Origin: a virus
Taxonomy: Duplodnaviria; Caudoviricetes
IMG/VR virus record: IMGVR_UViG_3300020220_000121
Span: 1-41,545 of that record
DNA: 41,545 bases
Reading direction: 5' to 3' (one strand)
A program made the translations under genes and the position numbers. A model generated the notes under the pieces. The model searched no databases and was not told the origin of the DNA. It worked only from the letters and a program-made list of their open reading frames with translations. This document shows, piece by piece, positions 38,101 through 41,545 of the stretch; position 1 is the stretch's first letter; each line of letters starts with the position of its first letter.

Positions 38101-39404
38101 GCCAACTGCATGTTTTCTTCTATAAAACCTTCACGTGCTATACCACCACCTAATATCTTTCCATAATACTTAAGTGCACTTTCAACAGGAGAAAGAGCAG
38201 CTTGAGACGCAAGACCTTCACCACCAAGAATAGTAGCTTTAATAGCAGACTTCTCACCAAGACCAAATGCTTTACCGAAGTACTTCATCTGCCATAAGTT
38301 AGTAGCACCAAGTAAAGCAGCATTCATTAAGAACGTATTTCTAGAAGCATCCCCAGCAATCTTATTTATCTCATCTTCACTATAGTATGTACCATCTGCT
38401 TTGATTTTATCACGAAGTGTATTTCTAACATTGTCTCTAACTTCTTTAGCCTCAAACATAGATTCTGAAGCAGTAGCTAGAGCCCAAGTATTAAACTTAT
38501 CAATTGTCTTAGCTGCACGTTGAGCTTGCGTAAAATAATTTGCAATAGCTTCACTTCCTTCTACGGTTGTTCCTAAACCAGCTGCACCATATCTAGTAAG
38601 TGAACCAAGACCTCTCATAGTAGCTGCTCCTAGTCCAAGTTTGCTTAATACCATACCTGGAATAAAAGCCGAGATCATAAAAGCAGCACCATCTACAGCA
38701 TCTTCTGCCCAAAAGTCTCCATCTGTAAACATTCTTCCAAAGAAACCTTTATCTCTATCAGCAGCTTCTTGAAACGTGGGCATCCATTCGTTCTTAGTCC
38801 AGTCATCAAAGCCTTCCATTACTTTATATAAAGCATTATCAGCAGATTTAGAAACTACACCTTCATAAGATCCCCAGTTCCAAGGACTTGCTAAACCAGC
38901 AAGAAAACCAGCACCTTGAAGAGTCTTTGTAACTACATATGTAGGAAGTCTAAAAGCACCTTTACCAAGTGTTTCATACCATGCTTCACGCTTACCGTAA
39001 AAGTCATCGTTATCTATACCAGGAATAAAACCGTAGTCCTGGTCATCGTAACGTCTTACAGTGCTTTCTCTATAAAATCTATCAGATGTTGCTCCTGACT
39101 GAAGCAAAGGATCCGCATTCAGGATGGCCCTGTTACGAAGAACAAGATCTTCCAAACTTGTAGGTTGAGGAAGTTTATTCTGTATAAGATGATTTGCTGC
39201 CTGAGCTCGTGCTTTAGGATTACGATCTAAGGGTTTACCCTTACTGTCAGTATATAGAGAAGACTGTGATAAATAATTGGGAGGAAGTACCGGATCACTA
39301 CCACCAATAGGAAGCTGTTCAGTCTCAATTGTTCCTGTATTAAGTCCAGAAGTTTCATCTAATGATAAACTATTAGCGGATTGATCAAATAGATTTTCAG
39401 TCAT
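23187..39404 (-). CDS. 5405-aa virion RNA polymerase polyprotein (crAss-like two-barrel RNAP) with accessory domains
   Basis: Catalytic loop GTDFDIDKL (27786-27803), preceded by GFRIPTQG and followed by VDAAKDP. N-terminal Gly/Ala-rich hydrophobic helices, long coiled coils, zincin-like HEAFE...EALAEEF, and C-terminal SLOG-like, NADAR-like and macro-like modules. Confidence 0.88.
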   Translation of the reverse strand: MTENLFDQSANSLSLDETSGLNTGTIETEQLPIGGSDPVLPPNYLSQSSLYTDSKGKPLDRNPKARAQAANHLIQNKLPQPTSLEDLVLRNRAILNADPLLQSGATSDRFYRESTVRRYDDQDYGFIPGIDNDDFYGKREAWYETLGKGAFRLPTYVVTKTLQGAGFLAGLASPWNWGSYEGVVSKSADNALYKVMEGFDDWTKNEWMPTFQEAADRDKGFFGRMFTDGDFWAEDAVDGAAFMISAFIPGMVLSKLGLGAATMRGLGSLTRYGAAGLGTTVEGSEAIANYFTQAQRAAKTIDKFNTWALATASESMFEAKEVRDNVRNTLRDKIKADGTYYSEDEINKIAGDASRNTFLMNAALLGATNLWQMKYFGKAFGLGEKSAIKATILGGEGLASQAALSPVESALKYYGKILGGGIAREGFIEENMQLAIQRINERYGSQGKVSSFFELNNFRDLFDQYSTQTVAAIKGDDPEASMNIGLGGLLGGGSNLLFSRGERAQQKLNSEAALRAYTDAQENWLKFGNIYKTEEIKSKDSNGNDIISNRVVLDENNQPVIDEEKLNSVVTGIQTTSDMLTDADNTKNKYTRDYLRLSAFSEFVQAHINSGLESTLMDKLDSLKTASPEDLAKLGFVADENFQSDIEKHKSLASTIIKQNKILNESILFDNSREDKARKYFLTNLAAKQAVAKHQLPIIEAEESEVKNQFINSENSSLSDGMVDQLNQLLYRMEFQKELVDYLKTSGQDKAAPMGVYETLLEELNQTYDKLLKDNETTVSDLKKDKDGFYLYEKEERNDSLTRQFLDAYLQKKGQMLNEIKSQGLAWAFYADNKNGKNNFIAKHKAEVDIINGLKKKREEEEKKLKEEVNKLDNQSDKVNKELGIQEGKEYITQSVPESRVYKGRSVKTIVYRQDIIKIVNINDDSVSFTVNNDGEVINLSNEEFAAIGKLYPMDKLTPEQRIYFRNRNMVFDLNVRANSGKRHLILGPHANKDYSSSGVVVKARLELSKEEQPQSNEPVLVFDEETGTSSYETAPQEQPSEYILRVVYTNPVTGKTDSFEYNNDYIKKYGSNKSSLFDLTESEEEYFKRSNEKRRLTQIDILSKALDELIQKFDSVSEQKKENEQKYIALREELAGYLTEMDQIQQDIAKLPPKKQKGAKTKERKRLEEAQQKLVGLIAKTEDAIKSYKTEIENLQKELDTIEKIYEAYDAGITELKSTGVPYTRDQTGSIVPQELTQEINQLEQKNQIIKPKRNISNEKLDQMIASTEGEIAVLNERIAVLNDLLDRLNKLSKFDQVPDIVDALENIDDKQQLLLQLNMIKRQESNPDKKQIVQNVINLLVKKADSIETAYLFDIADRYGKYRRELNDILNNLQATEEKLLRLYTAKEDRDRIAQAKKRISMYDLIQNEIIRQYKIRRERAGVKQEGNKIIISVGSNPVADDLIKGPDAILTTQVIEDIIPDSQNERDSFITVEGRIPILSETALFKSAGLHFADLEDTELNSPEDARYFKFTEGTTLRNNNGTVYYFMPITKDSKEFQDLRITSWQENGNTVNYDDDIRLVVVKRDSSGVFRPVDVAGNILENPTKDNMIYTAMLGHPSLMSSDTAMILSWLKKNFVNKNKLSDNEALAIVSRFKKFRETVKERIKNNEPVFLPIEDKSPGIFNREPLGITDSGDLLPQELSLQGRLIENNPDFSNLRHPDGSSVKLTVSTFNGGKVRAGRLLMVKENDPNSSILVYNRKFNEQEHDNLINVLKRMAELFEMKALDLMSPDEDTEFQLGIKYLQGVAHWFSPKEGFAPYSFQMWVKNGLHFGNNKIEFTAESIENNRNAILEAVPYHKVNNTMLSDKKANNAFTEIKVIDGKIIPGTKYVNYQHYLLADREGGSIIYTNIKPYTAPKADNIEPQDYQLKNVYLKYGTTGILEEEAPVVANDAPKADVPAGGIKTYGINQSSTKLPNGDVMYTITNNIPKGPKLTFVRKRADGTTNLYVHAEYVNGKYKVTQIVDENGTDFTNLANLVSANEEGINSIISYADDQLLSVVTADKKNLQDDVISQLTSTFFSIEDFANKGNKVVTPTKVATVDVPVASVPVEDPKFDAFVADKYDSYVSYTKANGESPLSLDEFSDIFQKQLRTEYKAKTQQANSVVSVSDYKVLETFLPTGGNLEYTIRIQNNKTGEKGSYTIDNTGRWVVAKFNDKTGDYEIVGKPLSQEQIITSAKTALGKDFVNKLNSIKSETDKVVDEKGGEKFEKFLELLKKYDAELAALKGKTDDASEYLRMAQNAIQEDNDVDPNARVNNPEAVSKEDIAEFKEWMKETLPQFMVDVFDSLIDGRYMGQFYNGSVRLYENAEAGTGFHEAFEAVWNALLTSEQQQAMIAEYKNRPEWNTQSHYKWAVANYPYRSESGRIKEALAEEFRDYMLNRGANIKQQSPKRNIWFRKLWNFIKELLGLGDIKQELDTRIQSVFSKIASGGFKNQSILPSYDPTLKNNKAIKDTSVEFTQALMEGMTATFFDLLYSNDFNIQQLFDKNNKLFDEYYKKTYNKVFNTFNPGLKVILNNEKFQGESSERQTEEIRKYKAWMNGQDPLFEMKDAVLKTFNTEVKDQFKRYLTHFGLSFSKVKADDQNFYASSPIGNLNEDVIEELINKEELANSFNLKDTIYIDPTTLTNPSVRLLILSLTSDKQDVDGKVIDKEKNQLGLTSLVAYKRKMNILLNELSNIVPVQKKQADGTFNSVSALDSMVQKLTDKYSDPVHKSRFKPGFEWISKMLKRLKYDQLKEGQRLTDDELRLLLAFENAFNRNRNIPLKVIVGKDGRLRHVDAISVNTVQKIKEEWRSNVKDKALKSDINNLASADLIYINPGGFIEVNLQSKKLEIALNASNFREKLEALSRLGIKFSVPSERLSGADQSDIESAFNSMRGVLKDRKLKTIPFMYSEFFDRKTVEGPLNSLLAIEANLRSEDTLLSHLTPDGKTQYAITLPSEITNIINSMAGVETLEEFIASNPQYGTVNNGVIVLNPYQRRSQILKPGGLFFDAKGNKIFDRQTGELKTLKYEYIQGLASDQTNEGDNTDNLTFSDKITQEIYHIMRGTYFSIINSDKSSEFGINMGYFIKPDDINNIRLIEDKYLDALRDEVMHALTFHFSPNHIKDHQNRILMLGHFSGILGFTNDERGSKLQNYFNDLVKSTKVTKKMKRDAVEELYNTVADNFVSTVRNEGAIRKYINAQVAEHKQWLLSREIVIKDEATGKYNTLSIPADNILMRDEVLSMNDLRYDQLVTFLTVNRQLAVFEQHKLFYGHPALYKELAKRSGGANSQKNSVSENTDVINLMNQTKPRYDGRTRDTQHPVVKSLTYDDPEIISQKLTSIAEALFKGFEPFIGKQKAEDLLGALFTKDGKLEKLNIKKGSLLVSYANITESDGQSYIMPDYFRDLLYLSSSLTKDQEDLLNYENAQEIVDRNDPNHLYHKRYQDDQVQKAREILAQPKPDAVLQPLKPQGFGFAMTPGMTHVNMLKNSVFPLTWNRVKHNPTMLAKYIDAQNTGTDVINFISGHKVGAVTNPDGSLVSMYNQDGSVNSAIPKQLDIISKYVGIQVEIPSYARYMVIFGSQVRKIILSNLPKELEPFKEEYMAVIDELILREREQLLNELGLNEQDGVYTSKDLSKMMSTMREQAIRRGMPDNVIDMMDTYFVKDLGEQLKYPFDANPARERIEFVLQAMVDTRIIRMEMFGKSSVQVASTMWEKGKRNLVYLKNDKYEQVTDFEKLTAKEKKTVMLSSGDLKFYDGENGYMEVYIPWYFEGISPEKAGFSLKEGIWTPNSPEAMETLLTAIGFRIPTQGFNAIESIRIKGFLDPSYGDIVVVPSEIVGKSGTDFDIDKLNMFLANYKIGRNGELVYVKYSTSENELNERYINYVNRVVDEDLRKLMYALSADERASLRENFKKELDRINTEADTNYKSRKNSLYNDYRESKENLMTIEKDTDQHFKDLFASGKKHYWNLTDETRATFVNVKNHIIAQDIKGPREIQLYLEHAVMMRESDIFTDDNSTLDNMIKLYQEELHVLGFKQELIEKHYKNILDTFRNRKSELRDMIKSNKQLSIVDLVESNSEEMQSIYLDMAKEMARLNGLKSLEEFSKLPLSKQNSKKSLQNRLIEIMKSIIEHPSNRRQLLVPNSTARLKSISEMIISLRGTSQVENDMTKLSEWRSMAETRETFVTSKQLVGVGALQITSHTMAQIGEIELSGSYKNSDGQTKNVNIKLPNSNTLKLDLTIDSESQFIFDLLSETLSGSVDAAKDPFIYELRLNLETASTWFYLTKRGVSQENVALFFNQPAIDDFFKARDTNRTYVSEVNDNYLYFNEVVLKAAKKYYEQATGLVIPVDEYPTRTMNRFKALRDDYSSYKSSDMVDMIKNSGKLNKKQAGMQVAMLMDMLDYRDQANLLSNFIKGISYDTSRTKSMIENRIQKLRYNKMLNDGFITKASVDRVFQRSFLSSIKSIKDDIENMFAEFFVSLQPKTLPVFDPLMKQLDDNELFISNDDKADLINRYQSFILGYILQNTPYGKEKAIAMNYDLFQDSKDGISLPKMLKVLKERYPNNHAFKNLFPIINDNRNATDNIKLFNNKMSAYDINLISESLETLHTMAQANGDMDLQKFVDNLVKFTILQSGLQLSPITFTKVMPLALYADTAAKIFRSYTYSMHPIDVKAIWRAFHQNYAKNNNIVPTIKLKKATISNGLLILNRQNKMAAYDYVKVYVPKEGVTHKMLKDRAKAFFGELLIPNSLIENTDNLYTPRLFEKVTVIQDGEDVTDKKPKIAYRPINMLGNGMYVLETSAGDPITGKSRFETLNEKIDESLHQDAVYQHIEYMKQTFDDSDTPQFDKLPRKDNSIASMTYAGIGSRETPEEILNILRQIVIQLENMGFTVNTGNAKGADAVFRNTAKKKNVFYPKDATDVSKEIALEIHPNPEALKRIKGGIELMARNTNQIFGQNLDTPVDFVIAYDKSGWEGQGQRPESGGTNQAIDMAYRKGIPVINIANPGWQDKLQSILNDVTKRQVVKSVAKPAATSVSDKKAPVSVKGINIFSGSNDPLGAALTNPTHYNPRGGTSSSKGKLVGIYKELDKGIKFNGKPYKDVEEAYFSLRKEEGATPENIKLITDLEEAKLRQYPFLVDEITKRGGIEFLEKSIHTYNTSDNPETYQKKEGNSWTSNTGNIFLKTLIEAYKRVISTQAPDVMGVEREYTPENITSLKPNEVFVFGSNTEGRHGLGAALTAKQKFGAKQGQARGLQGQSYAIVTKDLARGKRSVSLDNIRRDISTFIDFAYNNPQYKFYVTKLGSDLAGYSIEEIKDVIKGIYNVISIPENVILPKEYEVRTGPAETAPVSADVLLDLVSKGLNTSSEVDDVLKNLDGGCKRG
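23285..24216. repeat. Short direct repeats bracketing the last two domains of the giant protein
   Basis: Exact 14-mer CACTTACAGGAGCT at 23285-23298 and 24203-24216 (both encode APVS). The core CAGGAGCT also occurs at 23738-23745, between the two domains. Confidence 0.6.
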
Positions 39405-39437
39405 AGGTACAAACTATTATCTTAATTTAATATAGAA

Positions 39438-41545
39438 TTACTCGTAGCGGTAGTCATAATTAATACCGCTCGTATCAATAGTTTTAGAATTAGTACCTTT
39501 AACCTCATTCTCAAATATTTTAGCTCCAGCACCACCATCTGCACTAAGTAATCTTGCAGCACTTATCGCTTCCATAGGAGAATTAAAAACATCAGGATAA
39601 GATACACCAAAACCATTAATATGAAGATAGTACAAATTATTAGATTTCTTAATTACAAATTTAGTATCTCCATACGGTGTAGTAAAAAGAGAACTGGCAT
39701 AATCACGTACACCAACATAAGACTGCATCTGATTAATAACAGCACTTTCTAAAGGACTATACTGCCTAAATTGATTTACTACTCTATTGTTAAGACCTTG
39801 AATCTCAAATATAGCAGGACCTTTCTCAGTTTTAATCAATCTAACCTTTGCTCCGGCAGCAGTCAGTTTGGTAACTATATCTTCAGGTTTCTCATTATTA
39901 CTTCCTTTTGAAGTAATGTAGAAATATGCATTACCTTGATTGTTTGCAGTAACCCCTACCCCAGCATGCTTAAAATCATAACCATCTGGTAAATAGGTTG
40001 ACACACTAGCTTCCAAAGATTTGGCATTAGGACTACCGGCATCAAAGGAAACTATATTGTTGATCATTCTCAGATTAGCAAAGTTATTCTCAATATAAGT
40101 CTGTCTATTTTTAATAAACTTGTCATAAGCATCACCACCTTTTCTTTGAATACTTTTTATCTGGTTATAAGCAAAAAGTAAATTTAAGTTTTCTTGTTGT
40201 AATCTACCTTCTTTTCCAGTTACTTGATTACGAACATTATAAGACTTACCGTTTATTTTTATAGTACCAGTATCACCAAACAAGTTTAAATTTGCAGATA
40301 TAGTACCATTCTTTAAACCAACTGCAAGATCTTTACCTGATACTTTTGTACCATCATCAAGTGTAATAATACCAAGCTGGTTAATCTTTTGGTTAACACC
40401 TTCTACTTGCTTTCTTTCTTCTGGCTTCAAACCTTGCATAGAAGCATCTTCAATCTTCTGAAGTTTATTCTTAGCAACATTCTGAAGTGCATTAATTCTA
40501 GCAAGTTCAGCATTATTTCTATAGTAAATATCTGCTTTGGATACAGGTTTTCCTCCAGGTCCTCCGGTCTTTAACCAGCTTGCAATAAAGGCCTGGTCTA
40601 TCTGGTCAACAGTTAACTTAGAATTAGGATTACGTTCTTTAACCTTAGTAAGAATATGTTGTTTGGTTTCAGTAGTAATTCTTCTCAAACTATCCTCAGC
40701 AACATTTACCTCTTCTTGTAATATAGATAAAGAAGTTTCAATATTCTTGCCATCTTTTCCTTCTGAAAGCTCACGAGTCTGAAAGTTACCTGGCAAGCCT
40801 TCAAGCTCCCACTTCTTAAGCTTTTCAGCATGAGATAAAGCTCGTATCTGTCTAGCATCTGCTCTGTCTTCTTTCATTAATGCAAGGCCAACTTGGTCTG
40901 CATCGATACTTGTAATAATATCATCATGTGCAAAAAGCTTAACAAAACTAGATAGCTTACCGTTAAAGTATATAGCAGACGCAAGTCTTTCAGAGTTATT
41001 TTTTATATAAGAAAGATCACCCTTGGCTATGTTTTGAAGGTTTCCATCTATCTCACGAGTACTATCTTCAAGTTGTTGTTTCTTTGTTTTCAATGCTTTT
41101 ATAACATTAGGATCTTTGCTAAGCAAAAGTTCCTTATCAATAAGACCTACATTATAGGCATTCATTTCTCTTTGCTGTTCAGCTACTTGCTTATATGCAC
41201 CAGACAGAGCCTCAGGATTATTACCAAGTCTTACCTGTGCTTCTATACGCATCTGCTGCTTAGCTTTATCAGAAAGTACTCCATTAAGATATTCACTAAC
41301 TTCAGCTTCTCTCCAGGATTTATCATCTTTAGTTATTTTGTAAAGACCGTTGATATGATCTACTTTATATGTATTAGGTTTGAAATCTTTCATCTTCTCT
41401 TGTATTTCCTTATAGTAGTCATAATAAGGACTATACGACCTACGACCTGAATAATAACTACCTACCGAATCAATAGTATCATTAGCAAAAGCAGCACGTT
41501 GTTGTTTTAAATAATTAAGATTATCTTCACTAAACTCTTTTCCAC
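39438..41545 (-). CDS. Virion cargo/internal protein, 5'-truncated by the window edge (>700 aa)
   Basis: The frame stays open from 41393 to the window end (GKEFSEDNLNY...RSYSPYYDYYKEIQEKM). It is helical and coiled-coil rich and lies directly upstream of the vRNAP gene. Confidence 0.7.
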   Translation of the reverse strand, partial: GKEFSEDNLNYLKQQRAAFANDTIDSVGSYYSGRRSYSPYYDYYKEIQEKMKDFKPNTYKVDHINGLYKITKDDKSWREAEVSEYLNGVLSDKAKQQMRIEAQVRLGNNPEALSGAYKQVAEQQREMNAYNVGLIDKELLLSKDPNVIKALKTKKQQLEDSTREIDGNLQNIAKGDLSYIKNNSERLASAIYFNGKLSSFVKLFAHDDIITSIDADQVGLALMKEDRADARQIRALSHAEKLKKWELEGLPGNFQTRELSEGKDGKNIETSLSILQEEVNVAEDSLRRITTETKQHILTKVKERNPNSKLTVDQIDQAFIASWLKTGGPGGKPVSKADIYYRNNAELARINALQNVAKNKLQKIEDASMQGLKPEERKQVEGVNQKINQLGIITLDDGTKVSGKDLAVGLKNGTISANLNLFGDTGTIKINGKSYNVRNQVTGKEGRLQQENLNLLFAYNQIKSIQRKGGDAYDKFIKNRQTYIENNFANLRMINNIVSFDAGSPNAKSLEASVSTYLPDGYDFKHAGVGVTANNQGNAYFYITSKGSNNEKPEDIVTKLTAAGAKVRLIKTEKGPAIFEIQGLNNRVVNQFRQYSPLESAVINQMQSYVGVRDYASSLFTTPYGDTKFVIKKSNNLYYLHINGFGVSYPDVFNSPMEAISAARLLSADGGAGAKIFENEVKGTNSKTIDTSGINYDYRYE

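Larger units (their letters stand above)
279..41545. mobile_element. crAss-like bacteriophage genome segment (Bacteroidota host)
   Basis: Giant virion RNAP gene with DFDIDK motif, flanked by other large cargo-type genes. Phage replication module with PolB, DnaB, primase, AAA ATPase and exonuclease. Lysis cassette. TAnnTTTG promoter boxes, and AT-rich leaders without obvious Shine-Dalgarno sequences. No capsid, terminase or integrase gene in the window. Confidence 0.92.

Noticed and set aside
18153-41450. Many 60-140-aa plus-strand ORFs inside the giant genes
   Set aside because: They have the Ser/Leu/Phe-rich composition typical of antisense frames, mostly non-ATG starts, and no motifs.
279-41545. 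Stop-codon reassignment (TAG or TGA), as in some crAss-like phages
   Set aside because: The giant ORFs are uninterrupted in the standard code. TAG ends genes at natural C-termini (e.g. 279, 7253, 8351) and TGA appears in ATGA overlaps.

Overview
The window is almost entirely a crAss-like (Crassvirales-related) phage genome segment from a Bacteroidota host, read in the standard genetic code. It has three blocks. (1) About 279-2855 (-): a lysis cassette (GH19 endolysin, holin-like and spanin-like genes) with an intact iscU Fe-S scaffold gene inside it. (2) About 2971-17437 (+): a compact replication module (DnaA domain-IV protein, DnaB helicase, AAA ATPase, SSB-like protein, primase, GIY-YIG nuclease, PD-(D/E)XK exonuclease, family B polymerase, dNMP kinase, HAD) with repeated Bacteroidota TAnnTTTG promoter boxes. 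(3) 17463-41545 (-): three large virion-cargo-type genes, including a 5405-aa virion RNA polymerase (DFDIDK motif). The most interesting signal is at the junction of the two giant genes. The RNAP C-terminus carries tandem SLOG-like, NADAR-like and macro-like modules bounded by short DNA repeats, and the next gene begins with an ADP-ribosyltransferase-like domain. Together these may form an injected ADP-ribose writer/eraser toolkit. The first ~280 bp look like host DNA (a lipoprotein gene), which could mark an integration or assembly junction. All family calls come from motif recognition by eye; no database search was run.
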